Source: Candidatus Woykebacteria bacterium (GTDB lineage: Bacteria; Patescibacteriota; Microgenomatia; Woykebacterales; RBG-16-39-9b). From it: DNA of 64,000 nucleotides. The translations under genes and the position numbers were made by a program. The notes under the pieces are model-generated. The model was given only the letters and a program-made list of their open reading frames with translations. It was not told where the DNA came from and did no database searches. This document shows, one piece after another, positions 19,584 through 29,579 of this stretch. Numbering within the stretch: the stretch's first letter is position 1; the number at the start of each line of letters is the position of its first letter. The DNA lies in the NCBI GenBank assembly GCA_040876345.1, contig JBBDPM010000001.1, forward strand, positions 116,688 through 180,687, written 5' to 3'.

Positions 19584-20711
19584 ATGAGTAAAAAAAAGAA
19601 AAAGATAGCTTTACAATCAGGCAATAAGTTAAGTGGCAGACGGGCTATTTACCTATTGTTCGCTGCTATCTTGATTGGGTTACTAGGGTTTTTAATAAAC
19701 GCAAGTTACCTTGGATTAAGCGTCCCGTTTATACCAAAAGGTTTGGCTCGTGCCACAGATGTTTCAATAACTTACCTACCATTTGTACCAAAAACTTCGA
19801 AACAGGTTGTCACCAGAGCGTTTTTTGAGATGGGGAGAATAAAATCTGGAGAACACGTATTTAATCTTGAGCTTGCAGAGGAAGATAATGGATCAAAGAA
19901 GACTGTCATAGCACCAAAAATTGTTGGCCAATTCAGGGAAGAAAATGGTGAACTTGACCTTGCTGGTGAAGCATCAGTTGACGGGCCAGGGGGGGATAAA
20001 TTGAAAATAAATTTTGTTGAGAAAGATAAGTTCCTTTATTTTAAGCTAAACAATGTACCAAATATTTTAGGTTTGGATTTTACCAAAGTTGGTGAAGACT
20101 GGAACAAAATTGATGTGGATAAAATTATTAATCAGGGAAATGCAAAAGTGCGAGGCGACTCTGATATAAAGAAAGATGTAAAGGGGAAAGAAGACATTTT
20201 ATACGACACTTTAGCAGCCGAGAAAATTTTTGAAAAGACTACCGTGTCATCGGAGGGGAGCAGTTTTAAATATCAGATAGACCTGGGTGAGAGCGAAATC
20301 GATAAAATAGCCAAAGTATTTTTCCCAAAAGGTTTGTCCCAACTAAAAAAGCTTAATTTAGCACTTTTTATAGACAAATCAAGCTACCGTATCCAAAAGC
20401 TTGAGGCAATTGGGGAAATATCCAGCCTTCCTGTAAGTCAAACTTCGGGTTTATCGATTAGCGCACCAGAAACAAACTTTAAGTTTTCTTATCAGCTTAA
20501 AGAAGCAAATGAAAAGTTGGAGATAAAAGCACCAGAAGCGAGGGAAATTGAATCACTTTTTAGCCTTTACCTTTTAGTTCAAGGTGGTAAGAAAGAGGAT
20601 CCGGCTAACCTAATTTTTGGTGCTACAAAATCTTTGCCGGAATTCGGGGCTAATTTCCTAACAATTGAACGCTTGATCCACGTACTATACCTAGCCCCAC
20701 TATCATTGTAA
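19584..20711 (+). CDS. Hypothetical membrane-anchored exported protein
   Basis: 375 aa, N-terminal TM, beta-rich body. Confidence 0.75.
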   Translation: MSKKKKKIALQSGNKLSGRRAIYLLFAAILIGLLGFLINASYLGLSVPFIPKGLARATDVSITYLPFVPKTSKQVVTRAFFEMGRIKSGEHVFNLELAEEDNGSKKTVIAPKIVGQFREENGELDLAGEASVDGPGGDKLKINFVEKDKFLYFKLNNVPNILGLDFTKVGEDWNKIDVDKIINQGNAKVRGDSDIKKDVKGKEDILYDTLAAEKIFEKTTVSSEGSSFKYQIDLGESEIDKIAKVFFPKGLSQLKKLNLALFIDKSSYRIQKLEAIGEISSLPVSQTSGLSISAPETNFKFSYQLKEANEKLEIKAPEAREIESLFSLYLLVQGGKKEDPANLIFGATKSLPEFGANFLTIERLIHVLYLAPLSL

Positions 20712-20732
20712 AGATAAAAGGAGGTGATTTTT

Positions 20733-20927
20733 ATGGCAGTTGAGACAAGATATTTTTGTACCGGTACTTGTGGCGCCGTAATTACTGAGGAACAATATAA
20801 TAATGGTCTCACTCATTGTGGTACTAACACTTGCACTATGCATAAGGAGCCCTTTGAAAAAGGTTTATACTGTACTACTTGTCAGAAAAGAGTTAGTGAA
20901 GCTGAAAAAGATCAACATCAACACTGA
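20733..20927 (+). CDS. Small Cys/His-rich putative metal-binding protein
   Basis: AAGGAGGTG SD; CTGTC, HCG...C..H, CTTC. Confidence 0.7.
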   Translation: MAVETRYFCTGTCGAVITEEQYNNGLTHCGTNTCTMHKEPFEKGLYCTTCQKRVSEAEKDQHQH

Positions 20928-20978
20928 TAAAGTACTGGGATTTCGATAGGTTTCTTTGAATTGATGGGGAGTAGGAGA

Positions 20979-21194
20979 CTATCTAGTTTTGGGTCTGCCG
21001 CGGCCTCTACTAAGGAAAAAAAGCCTTCTCTCTTCCTTTTCCGCAATTTGCTTATCCACTATTTTTTGACATTCTTTGTCTGGACACGTGTAGACAACCG
21101 TTTTTGTTTTAACGGAGTTTAACATAAAAGTGTCTTCCTTGCCCTTTATTCTTTCTTTTCCACACCTAACACACGGATTACTTTTAAGTTCCAT
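20979..21194 (-). CDS. Small putative zinc-binding protein
   Basis: CVRC...CPDKEC; lies downstream of the RRM gene. Confidence 0.7.
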   Translation of the reverse strand: MELKSNPCVRCGKERIKGKEDTFMLNSVKTKTVVYTCPDKECQKIVDKQIAEKEERRLFFLSRGRGRPKTR

Positions 21195-21228
21195 AGATTT
21201 AATGTTTATCGAAACAGTGGCCAGAGAA

Positions 21229-21256
21229 ATTAAGCTCCCCAAAAGGGGAGCTTAAT
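21229..21256. terminator. Intrinsic terminator hairpin after the RRM gene
   Basis: Perfect 12-bp stem ATTAAGCTCCCC-AAAA-GGGGAGCTTAAT. Confidence 0.8.
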
Positions 21257-21261
21257 CAAGT

Positions 21262-21567
21262 TTAATATCTTCGGTCTCTGCTAAAACCACTTCGTTTGAA
21301 GCCGCCTGATGGGCGTTCTTCACGAGGTCTAGCTTCGTTGACGACAATTGCTCTTCCAGAAAGCTCTTTACCAGTAAGCTCTTTTATTGCTTTTTCCGCT
21401 TCTTCATCGCTTCCCATTTCCACAAAACCAAAACCTTTTGAGTTGCCGCTGAACTTGTCAGTAACCAAAGTAGCTTCTTTCACGCTGCCAACAGTAGAAA
21501 AAAGTTCTTCTAGTTGACTTTGAGTGACATCGTAGGATAAAGATCCTACAAATAACCTTTTAGCCAT
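21262..21567 (-). CDS. RRM RNA-binding protein
   Basis: RNP2 LFVGSL, RNP1 KGFGFVEM, VNEARPRE. Confidence 0.95.
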   Translation of the reverse strand: MAKRLFVGSLSYDVTQSQLEELFSTVGSVKEATLVTDKFSGNSKGFGFVEMGSDEEAEKAIKELTGKELSGRAIVVNEARPREERPSGGFKRSGFSRDRRY

Positions 21568-21705
21568 GTTTTCCTTTCCGGCAGATTTAACACTTCTGCC
21601 CTGCGCCTTATCTATTCTCTATCTGGGAAAACCTAAGAGGGAGAAATCTAAGGAAATTATAATGGAGATATTATAGCATAAAATCGACTGTAATTCAATT
21701 AGTAT

Positions 21706-21892
21706 TTACTCTTCGTCTTCTTCGTCAGCTTCATCTCGGAGTTCTTGAGCATCAGCCTCCAGACGTCTTGCAGCATCTCCTAAATCATTTACCACGTACG
21801 GGCCATTCTTATTGTAGGCTTCACCTTGGCGCAGCTTTGCTGCTTCCTAATCCTTTTGTTGAGCTTCGTACAGTTCTCTTTGAATCGCCCAT
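21706..21892 (-). pseudogene. Probable decayed small acidic-protein gene
   Basis: Frame reads AIQRELYEAQQKD*EAAKLRQGE...DEEDEE*, with an in-frame TAG at 21847-49. The ATG is off frame by 1 nt. Confidence 0.4.
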
Positions 21893-21907
21893 ACGAGCCT
21901 TAGTAAT

Positions 21908-23074
21908 TTAGATAATAGAATCTTTTCTTGCAGAGCTGTAGGCGTCTTTCTTGGCTATTAACGAGGCTCCAAGACCAAATAGTAGTACTAAGAAGGTTAC
22001 TATTCCGCCAAGGATAGGTATTATTTGGACGACGTAGTATATTAGGACGCCCAAAATAAACGCCCAATAAGCATTTATTTTCCAACTTGTTTTTTCAGAA
22101 AGCAGTGTGCCTACCCAAAGCATGACAAAAATTCTCCCAATGTAAAGACTCATAAAATATATTGGTAAAATAATCAAAGCAAGCGGTATTCCTACCAAAG
22201 TAGCGGCCAGGATCAGGGCTATTATTGGAGTAGCTATCAGGGCAATAAAGCCAAGGCCAAGGGAGGGCCAGGGTTTGTTTTTAATATTATCAGCAGCGTT
22301 CTGAGAGAGGCTTGGGAAAAGTCGAATAATTAAAAGACCAAGTATCAAGGTTGATATAAAGCTAACAATTTTAAAGAACAATATTACACCAGTAGCGACA
22401 CCAAAGATTTCGTTGGGGGTGGGGGGTTTCTGGGTTGGAGTTTTTTTCGCAACCTCTCCGGCAACTTTTGCAGCAGAGTCGATTGATGCATCGTTGTCGC
22501 TCCAATAAGTAAGGTTTCCACCGACAGAAGCTTTAGAGGTAAGCCTTAAAGAGCCAACGGCTGCATCCACATTTCCTTTGATAGGGGACGAGATTGTTAA
22601 ACTACCAGTCCCCACTCTAATGTCTTTTCCCACTGGAGAGGCAATGTTTAAATTGCCGGCCCCGGCTAGGACACTCCCGCCAATTTTTGCAGAGTCGGTT
22701 ATGTCAACACTTCCACCGCCGATGCTTAAATTCTTGCCGATATCTCCGGTGATTGTTACTTGCCCACCGGCCACACGCGCATCTTGAGTAACTTTTCCGG
22801 AAATGTTTAGAGTACCACCCGCCGCCAAAAGATCTCCATTAATGGTTCCGTCAACAATTACGTTTCCGCCAGCTGCATAAACGTCGCCATTGACAGTGCC
22901 GGAAATCTCTACTCTTTCGCCAAAGGCAAAAAAGTCTCGATTTATCGTCTCGCCCTGTTTAAGAGTCACAACCTCATCGTTGCGAAAGTTCTCGGAAGAT
23001 TCTTGAGCAAAAACCGGAAAGGCAACAGCAAGAAGGAATAAGAGAGAGGTAAAAATAATGAAAAATCTTTTCAT
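21908..23074 (-). CDS. Polymer-forming (bactofilin-like) beta-helix repeat membrane protein
   Basis: Signal peptide, repeated G.V.GD...AGG.V.I units, multi-TM C-terminus. Confidence 0.82.
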   Translation of the reverse strand: MKRFFIIFTSLLFLLAVAFPVFAQESSENFRNDEVVTLKQGETINRDFFAFGERVEISGTVNGDVYAAGGNVIVDGTINGDLLAAGGTLNISGKVTQDARVAGGQVTITGDIGKNLSIGGGSVDITDSAKIGGSVLAGAGNLNIASPVGKDIRVGTGSLTISSPIKGNVDAAVGSLRLTSKASVGGNLTYWSDNDASIDSAAKVAGEVAKKTPTQKPPTPNEIFGVATGVILFFKIVSFISTLILGLLIIRLFPSLSQNAADNIKNKPWPSLGLGFIALIATPIIALILAATLVGIPLALIILPIYFMSLYIGRIFVMLWVGTLLSEKTSWKINAYWAFILGVLIYYVVQIIPILGGIVTFLVLLFGLGASLIAKKDAYSSARKDSII

Positions 23075-23119
23075 GTGGGGATATTTTAAATCCCGTTTGT
23101 TAATCTGTCAACTAGTAAG

Positions 23120-23797
23120 CTAGCTTGAATCCAACTTATTGGCGTTTGTGCGGTAAGTGCAGTAGATACAACTATCGGAACTTTTGGGAATCGGGCCAGA
23201 AAGAATTTTCTTTGCTTCCTTTATTTTGCTTTCAACCCAGGAAGCGTCTCCCTCATAGGGCTGCACTTTAATGTTAAAATCAAGCTTTCCGTCTGCAAAG
23301 CCGTTGTCTTTGTTTACCCTGGCATAAACAAAGTACGCTCTATCTAGTACTTTGAATTTGTTTTTGCGAAGGAGCCACTGGTAAATTTCGACTTGGCGTT
23401 TGTAGCTTTCGTAAAGCTCGCCTTCCTTGGCTCCAGATGCTTTATAGTCAACCACGATCAAGTTGCCTTTTGAATCTACCCAGATATCATCTACCGCTCC
23501 AAAAACTAGGAAACCGTTTTCGTGGTCTTCATATTGGATGCCCGTGAAAGTATTCCTCCATTTATCTATATCATCATGAAGATAGGGAATAGCCTCTATT
23601 CCTTCACGCTCGATCAAGTAGTGGGCTGTTCCACCTTTTCTATGATCGTCAAATTCTTTCTTAAGAAGAAAATCAATTGCGTTGTTGATTGTGTATGGTG
23701 CACCGAAAGGCCGGGAAATATTCTTTCCGGCGTAGAGCCAAAAACATTTTGGACACTCGATTAATAACTCAAGTTTGCTCCGAGAGAGTTTTATCAT
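23120..23797 (-). CDS. PD-(D/E)XK nuclease, Cas4/RecB-like
   Basis: LSRS....ECPKCF, GAVDD, VVDYK, Q..IY, C-terminal CIYC. Confidence 0.85.
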   Translation of the reverse strand: MIKLSRSKLELLIECPKCFWLYAGKNISRPFGAPYTINNAIDFLLKKEFDDHRKGGTAHYLIEREGIEAIPYLHDDIDKWRNTFTGIQYEDHENGFLVFGAVDDIWVDSKGNLIVVDYKASGAKEGELYESYKRQVEIYQWLLRKNKFKVLDRAYFVYARVNKDNGFADGKLDFNIKVQPYEGDASWVESKIKEAKKILSGPIPKSSDSCIYCTYRTNANKLDSS

Positions 23798-23842
23798 AGA
23801 GCGAATTCTAACGTTTGTTATCCTGGGGTGTCAACGAGGTGA

Positions 23843-24100
23843 TTAATCAACCGAACGGTGTATTATTGAAGAGGCTAGTGTTTGGTAAGGAAGACCTTCT
23901 CTTGCAGCTTTGGATTTTAGCTTCAGCAGATCCTTTTGAGAAAGCCTAATATTTATATTTTTAGTTTTGGCTAAGGTAGTCTGAGCGTATTTTCTAAAAT
24001 TGCTCCTGACATTTTGGATATCACCAATGCTAATTAGCTTTTCCTCTTCAAAATCCTTTAATATTTTTCCTTCTTCTTTATCAAGTTCAAAATATTTCAT
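23843..24100 (-). CDS. Antitoxin (BrnA/CopG-like RHH)
   Basis: KNINIRLS..DL..LK.KA.REGLPYQTL. Confidence 0.88.
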   Translation of the reverse strand: MKYFELDKEEGKILKDFEEEKLISIGDIQNVRSNFRKYAQTTLAKTKNINIRLSQKDLLKLKSKAAREGLPYQTLASSIIHRSVD

Positions 24101-24104
24101 AATT

Positions 24105-24383
24105 TTATTTCCTGTTGATTATATACTTTTTAGTTGCTTTCCTGCTCGGAATAATAGTCTTCAAAAAAACTTTTTCCATATCTTCTACGAATGGGACTAA
24201 GTACGCGTAGTTTTCAATATTAACAACAAACAATTTTTGATTGGGATGACTTTTAGGGTTTGGGTGCTCCATTATATCTAAGATTGCCCCTTCAGAAATT
24301 GCCAGCACCACTTCTTCAAAAGAAATATCGCGTTGTCCCTTTAACTCTTGGTTTTTCTTCTCATCCCAATCGAGATGTTTCAC
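24105..24383 (-). CDS. BrnT-like toxin
   Basis: WDEKKN..LK..R.ISFEE, HPN, FLKTIIPSRKATK. Confidence 0.88.
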   Translation of the reverse strand: MKHLDWDEKKNQELKGQRDISFEEVVLAISEGAILDIMEHPNPKSHPNQKLFVVNIENYAYLVPFVEDMEKVFLKTIIPSRKATKKYIINRK

Positions 24384-24389
24384 TTATGT

Positions 24390-24418
24390 ATTCTATGACA
24401 AAAGATATTATATGTCAA
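24390..24418 (-). promoter_or_regulatory. Sigma70 promoter of the brnT-like operon (leaderless)
   Basis: TTGACA-N17-TAGAAT-N6-GTG; TGACA/TGTCA inverted repeat. Confidence 0.75.
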
Positions 24419-24745
24419 TAATGACAAGCGGTTAAGGAGATACAATCTGACACCTTGCGTATTTGAGTTTAAGGTGTACACTTATAAGGTGATACCAAAT
24501 ATAAGAGAATTCATCTCCTATCACAATGAGCATATCTTAGACATAGAATTAACCGCAAATTTTGAAACAATCTCGGCTTTTGCCTCCAAGAAAAATATTG
24601 CTCTTACTGACCTGTCTATAGAAAAACATCGTCTCCCCTTCATCAACTGGATCACCAGCCTTGCGAGTTCAAAAATCTAATCTTAAGTCTTAAGGAAATT
24701 TGAAGGATAGAATTACCGTTTAGGTTTAATATGATCCCGGAGGTG

Positions 24746-25156
24746 TCAAGGAAAAGGATTAAAAACTTTGATTGGAAATTTTTGAAAGTCCTTAACGTTG
24801 TCAGTAGCAATAGTATCAATATCATTGGTTAAAGCAGCCGCGTCTAGGTAGGCGTCAAAAATTCTGTTGCCGCCTAGAGAGTGTTTTTTTATCAACTCCA
24901 ATCCTATAAAGATTGTTCTAATATTTGGACTAATTATCCGTCCAATCTCTGCAATTTTCAAAACTGATTCTACTGCCTGTTCTGGTTCCATTGGGCTTGG
25001 AAATTTAGAATGAGTCAATATTCTGATAGATTCAAGTATGTTTTGATGGGTGATTTCCAAATTCTCTTTGTTCTCTTTTAAAAATTTTTGGGATAAGGTG
25101 TATTTAGGAGAGTCCGCATTAATTGCGTAAATCAAAATGTTGCTATCAATGAGCAT
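24746..25156 (-). CDS. PIN-domain toxin (VapC-like)
   Basis: LIDSNILIYA, E, IFDAYL, T.N.KDF, NPF. Confidence 0.9.
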   Translation of the reverse strand: MLIDSNILIYAINADSPKYTLSQKFLKENKENLEITHQNILESIRILTHSKFPSPMEPEQAVESVLKIAEIGRIISPNIRTIFIGLELIKKHSLGGNRIFDAYLDAAALTNDIDTIATDNVKDFQKFPIKVFNPFP

Positions 25157-25388
25157 TTGGGTTGGGGTTTGGGTAGAAATCGTCGCGAGTCAAATTATCC
25201 AGAGGCACACCAAGATTATGAGTTTTGAACACAATTTCCTTGGCTTTTTTCTTTTCAGATTTGAGTAGATATTCTTCCAAAGCTGTATTAACCACTTTCT
25301 GCAAGCTTATATCTTCTTCGAAGGCTTTTCTCTCAGCGGTTTTTTTTAGATCTTCTTTTATTCGCAGCGTGGTTCTTACAAATGCCAT
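25146..25388 (-). CDS. RHH antitoxin (VapB-like)
   Basis: VRTTLRI...K.KA....SLQ.VVN.ALEEYL; directly upstream of the PIN gene. Confidence 0.85.
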   Translation of the reverse strand: MAFVRTTLRIKEDLKKTAERKAFEEDISLQKVVNTALEEYLLKSEKKKAKEIVFKTHNLGVPLDNLTRDDFYPNPNPNAH

Positions 25389-25394
25389 AGAGTA

Positions 25395-25423
25395 ATTTTG
25401 TCATATATATGACAATATGTCAA
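25395..25423 (-). promoter_or_regulatory. TA promoter with 18-bp perfect palindrome (putative operator)
   Basis: TTGTCATATATATGACAA at 25398-25415, within the TTGACA-N17-CAAAAT promoter. Confidence 0.7.
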
Positions 25424-25428
25424 GGAAA

Positions 25429-27213
25429 TTAGTATTTGGAATTGAGATCAATCTTGCGGATGCGAATGTTTTTGGGAGTTACTTCTACCAATTCACGATC
25501 GTCAATATATTCAAGAGCTTCTTCCAGATCCATTGGTTTGGGAGCATTAAAGTGCTCGGCCACACCTTCACCCCGGCTCCTCATATTGGTTTGCTGTTTT
25601 TCTTTACAGACATTAACTTTGATGTCATCCTCCCGAGAGTTTTGGCCGATCACTTGACCTTTGTAAACCTTTATTCCCGGTCCGACAAAGAGCGTTCCGC
25701 GATCTTGGGCATTAGTTAAACCGTAGAGAGTTGTTGGACCATCTTCAAAGGCAACTAAGGAACCACGGGAGCGTTCAAAGCTGTTGCCAGTAGTTTCTCT
25801 AAATTCATGGAACATTGTATTGATGATACCGGTTCCCTTAGTGTCAGTAATAAATTCACTGCGATAACCAAACAGCTTCCGAGTTGGAATGATAAATTCA
25901 ACCAAAACAACCGCCTTTTCCGTGGTCATATCTTGCAAGACGGCCCCGCGCTCTCCCATTTTTTGCATTACCACCCCGGAATATTCTTCTGGAACTTCAA
26001 TAAAAACTTTTTCGTATGGCTCGAGTAACCTACCCTCAGTTTTTTTGGTAATCACTTGTGGTCGAGCCACTTGAAATTCGTAGTCTTCACGACGCAGCCT
26101 CTCAATTAATATTGCCAAGTGCAGCTCGCCTCGTCCGGAAACGATCCAATCTCCCTTTTCACCGTCAACAACTTTGAGAGCCATATCCGTCTCCAGTTCT
26201 TTAAAAAGACGCTCCCGGATTTGACGAGAAGTTTTGAACTGCCCTTCCTTTCCAGCAAAAGGTGAAGAATTGACTGAGAAAGTCATGTTTATTGTGGGCT
26301 CTTCAACGTCAAGTAGTGGTAGGGCGAGTGCTTCGTTGGGACCCGCTATTGTTTCGCCGATATTTACATCGGCTATTCCGGCTATAGCAACAATATCGCC
26401 GGCCTCTGCTTCTTGAATTTCGATTTTATCAAGGCCAGAGAAGCCAATCAGAAAGGTGAGTCGAAACTTTTTCATTTCCCCTAGACGATTGATCTGGGTA
26501 ACCTCTTGTCCAGTCTTAACCTGCCCGTTGTAGATTCGACAAGTAGCAATCCTGCCTTTGAAGTTGTCCCCGACAATGGTGGTTACGAGCATTTGAAGAG
26601 GTTTACTAGGGTCTCCAGCTGGAGCCGGAATATGCTCTAAAATAGCTTCAAAAACCGGTTCGATGTCTTTCATTTTGGAAATATCGCTTTCGGTGCCAGC
26701 CAAACCATTCTTGGCAGATGTATAGACAATTGGAAAAAACGCTGCGTCTTCGTCGGCACCCAGTTCCACAAAAAGATCAAAGGTCTTATTGAGAACATAA
26801 TCGATTCGAGCGTCAGAGCGATCGATCTTGTTGATCACCACAATCACTTTGTGCCCAAGCTCTAGAGCTCTTTTCAAGACAAAGCGGGTTTGGGGCATGG
26901 GGCCTTCCTTGGCATCAACCAAAAGCAGGCAACCGTCGGCCATTTTGAGAACCCGCTCAACTTCACCGCCAAAATCGGCGTGACCTGGTGTATCAATAAT
27001 GTTGATTTTAGTACCCTTCCACTCAACACTCGCATTTTTGGAAAAGATAGTGATGCCGCGCTCTTTTTCCAAATCGTTCGAGTCCATTATTAGGTTTGAT
27101 CCTTGCAGATCCTTATGGATTTTGGTATTACTTTGGCGCAGAAGAGCATCGACAAGTGTAGTCTTGCCATGATCCACGTGGGCGATGATTGCGACGTTCC
27201 GAAGTTTATTCAT
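25429..27213 (-). CDS. typA: Translational GTPase TypA/BipA
   Basis: [52 protein letters not shown]. Confidence 0.97.
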   Translation of the reverse strand: MNKLRNVAIIAHVDHGKTTLVDALLRQSNTKIHKDLQGSNLIMDSNDLEKERGITIFSKNASVEWKGTKINIIDTPGHADFGGEVERVLKMADGCLLLVDAKEGPMPQTRFVLKRALELGHKVIVVINKIDRSDARIDYVLNKTFDLFVELGADEDAAFFPIVYTSAKNGLAGTESDISKMKDIEPVFEAILEHIPAPAGDPSKPLQMLVTTIVGDNFKGRIATCRIYNGQVKTGQEVTQINRLGEMKKFRLTFLIGFSGLDKIEIQEAEAGDIVAIAGIADVNIGETIAGPNEALALPLLDVEEPTINMTFSVNSSPFAGKEGQFKTSRQIRERLFKELETDMALKVVDGEKGDWIVSGRGELHLAILIERLRREDYEFQVARPQVITKKTEGRLLEPYEKVFIEVPEEYSGVVMQKMGERGAVLQDMTTEKAVVLVEFIIPTRKLFGYRSEFITDTKGTGIINTMFHEFRETTGNSFERSRGSLVAFEDGPTTLYGLTNAQDRGTLFVGPGIKVYKGQVIGQNSREDDIKVNVCKEKQQTNMRSRGEGVAEHFNAPKPMDLEEALEYIDDRELVEVTPKNIRIRKIDLNSKY

Positions 27214-27324
27214 AAATATTTTTGACACAAGAGCAGCAACTCGGCAAGAATAAAAATATTCTTTTTTAGTTTTGGAAATTGTTGCCCGAAACTAATGCAG
27301 GCTAATTATAACACACTATGGGTT

Positions 27325-28314
27325 CTATGTGAACTTCAAATCAATAAAATAAACTTCTCCGCCAGTTTGCTCGTTGAAGTTCCCATAATAGAGACGGAAA
27401 TTTCCGTTTGGTAGGAAAATTCCATCAGCGTCAGCGCCGTTAATTCCTAAGGGACCAAGTTTAGTCCATTTTAGGCCGTCGGTTGACTGTGCAGCGTAAA
27501 TTTTGGAATGAGTATTGTAAAACATCAGGAAATTTCCATCTGGTTTTGTCACTACAAATGGGTGCAGAGCCTGAGGCCAATCTGCAGGAGCGTTTTCCAC
27601 ACCGTCTTCCGGTTCAATTGTTGGGGAGCGGTCGCGAGTCCAGGCTAGACCATCAGTAGAAGTTGCTCCCCAAATGACGCCTTTTCTTTTCATCGGATCG
27701 GCTGATTCTGGTTCTTCAAAATACATGCGCAACTTTCCGTTCTTCATTTTGAACACACTAGAGCCGCCAATAAAGTTGCCTTTTCGTGGAGTAATTCTTT
27801 TTCCAGAGTCTTTAGTAAAGGTCATTCCATCCTTTGAAAACGCGCTCAATAGTGAAGGCATCGGGCCACTCTCTCCTATCAAAGGCATCTGCTCTGGGTA
27901 ATAGAAACGGATACCCGTGTCTGTCTGGAAGGCCCGCGCGACTGAGATACCCGGGAAGATGATACCTGTCTTTTCAGTCCAGTTTTCAGCATCGGTGGAG
28001 GAAAGCACTAAGTAGCCACTTGGGCCCTTACCAAATTTGTTCAAATACATCAGGTAAGTACCATCGGCTTTTTTGATGATCGAAGGGTCAGCGTAGCCGC
28101 CGGTGAAAACTTTTTTAGCTTCGGTCACTTTAGTGATGGTAGTTTTCTCCGCCGGTTTAGCACTTTGAGTAGCGGTTTCTGTTGGTGCCTCAGCTGTCGG
28201 TTTTTGGTTATTGAGGAAAAAGTAACCAACAACCCCGACGCCAAGCAAAAGAATTACGATAGTCAGAATTATCAGCAAAGTCTTGGGGTTTTTCTTGGGC
28301 GGCTCTTCCGGCAT
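27325..28314 (-). CDS. Membrane-anchored beta-propeller protein (Asp-box / GH-like)
   Basis: TM, ADPSII, four S.D(G)..W/F boxes. Confidence 0.7.
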   Translation of the reverse strand: MPEEPPKKNPKTLLIILTIVILLLGVGVVGYFFLNNQKPTAEAPTETATQSAKPAEKTTITKVTEAKKVFTGGYADPSIIKKADGTYLMYLNKFGKGPSGYLVLSSTDAENWTEKTGIIFPGISVARAFQTDTGIRFYYPEQMPLIGESGPMPSLLSAFSKDGMTFTKDSGKRITPRKGNFIGGSSVFKMKNGKLRMYFEEPESADPMKRKGVIWGATSTDGLAWTRDRSPTIEPEDGVENAPADWPQALHPFVVTKPDGNFLMFYNTHSKIYAAQSTDGLKWTKLGPLGINGADADGIFLPNGNFRLYYGNFNEQTGGEVYFIDLKFT

Positions 28315-28363
28315 TGATACTATTATATAGAGGTTTTTCCGATTTTATAAGCCTGTTCTGTTA

Positions 28364-28828
28364 TCAGTTGCTGCCTAGATCCAGCAAAACCTCATCTGCG
28401 TGGATAGCTGGTTTAACCTTCTCGTAAATTTTCTCTATCTTGCCAGTCTTGTCAATCAAAAATGAGGTGCGCACTACTCCCAAAAATTCTTTCCCCAGGA
28501 ATTTCCTGGGTCGATAGACATCGTAGGCCCTGGCGACTTCTTTGTTTACGTCGGCAAGTATGGTGAAAGGAAGGCCATGTTTTTGGGCAAACTTTTTGTG
28601 GCTTTCAATGCTGTCAGTGCTAATTCCCAAAACTATCGCCTTAGCACTTCCAAATTTTGGAAAGCTATCGCGGATTTGGCAGGCTTCGACCGTACAACCA
28701 GCGGTGAAATCCCTTGGGTAAAAATAAATCAGGACTTTTTTGCCAAGGTAATCAGAAAGCTTGTGATTTTTGCCGTTTTGGTCCGCTAATTCAAAATCTG
28801 GGGCTTTGTCTCCAACTGCAAGTGGCAT
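28364..28828 (-). CDS. bcp: Peroxiredoxin BCP
   Basis: FYPRDFTAGCTVEAC. Confidence 0.93.
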   Translation of the reverse strand: MPLAVGDKAPDFELADQNGKNHKLSDYLGKKVLIYFYPRDFTAGCTVEACQIRDSFPKFGSAKAIVLGISTDSIESHKKFAQKHGLPFTILADVNKEVARAYDVYRPRKFLGKEFLGVVRTSFLIDKTGKIEKIYEKVKPAIHADEVLLDLGSN

Positions 28829-28838
28829 GGTGATTTAG

Positions 28839-29210
28839 TTAATAACCAGCAGCATCGGCTTCGGCTTTGGTTTTGTGGATTGTTCCGGGTGGGTGATGGG
28901 GTGGTGAGTAGGCAGTTACTACTTTTAGATCGCCCTGTCCGGTATTAATGAAATTATGCTTGGTCCCAGCGTTTACCAAAAAAACATCGTCTTTGCTTAT
29001 TGGCTTTTCCTCCCCATTCAATATTGCTTTGCCGCTTCCTTCGACAAAATAGAGGACTTGATCGTTGTCATTGTGGGTTTCTTCACCGATTTCGCCGCCA
29101 GCCGGCATACTCATAACGACTATTTGGGTATGTACACCGGTCTCCAATACTTGACGGAAATAAGTGTTTTCCCGGGCTTTGTCAGAAATATCGTGAATAT
29201 AGCCTTTCAT
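28839..29210 (-). CDS. Cupin domain protein
   Basis: EIGEETH...DQ, V.AGTKHNF.N, YSPPHHP. Confidence 0.9.
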   Translation of the reverse strand: MKGYIHDISDKARENTYFRQVLETGVHTQIVVMSMPAGGEIGEETHNDNDQVLYFVEGSGKAILNGEEKPISKDDVFLVNAGTKHNFINTGQGDLKVVTAYSPPHHPPGTIHKTKAEADAAGY

Positions 29211-29284
29211 AGTCTCTCCATAATACCACTTTTGTCCATGTACAAATCAGAGTAATTTCGCTTGAAGTGCCTAGAAAAGTTTTT

Positions 29285-29428
29285 TTACTCTTCTTTACGT
29301 TCGGGGGAGGATTTACTAAAGCTGCGGTGACACATCTGGCATTTATATGCGGTAGCGGAAGTGCTGTCTCTAGATATTTTTGATAAATCTCTACTATTGC
29401 AGTAAGGACATTTTACATCATCGGCCAT
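29285..29428 (-). CDS. 47-aa zinc-ribbon protein (not in ORF track)
   Basis: MADDVKCPYCNSRDL...YKCQMCHRSFSK. Confidence 0.65.
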   Translation of the reverse strand: MADDVKCPYCNSRDLSKISRDSTSATAYKCQMCHRSFSKSSPERKEE

Positions 29429-29473
29429 ATTACTTTTTTCTTTTCTGAAGCTTTAGTGAAGAAATGCAAAAAG

Positions 29474-29539
29474 TTATTTCTTTTTATTCTTTTTTGGTTT
29501 TTTAACTTCTCTTTTTTGTTTACCTTGAGAATGGGCCAT
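29474..29539 (-). CDS. 21-aa basic peptide (not in ORF track)
   Basis: MAHSQGKQKREVKKPKKNKKK; TATAAT lies 8 nt before the ATG. Confidence 0.5.
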   Translation of the reverse strand: MAHSQGKQKREVKKPKKNKKK

Positions 29540-29579
29540 AGAATGTAATTATACGGTCTCTAGCACTAAAAGACAAGAA

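Noticed and set aside
23120-23797. CRISPR-Cas locus suggested by the Cas4-like nuclease
   Set aside because: No cas1/cas2 genes or repeat-spacer array were seen in the window.
24474-24680. 68-aa plus-strand ORF
   Set aside because: Antisense to its surroundings, with no recognisable motif; likely spurious within relic DNA.
29285-29428. IS1 InsA-like transposase fragment
   Set aside because: Only a zinc ribbon is present, with no catalytic ORF or terminal inverted repeats.
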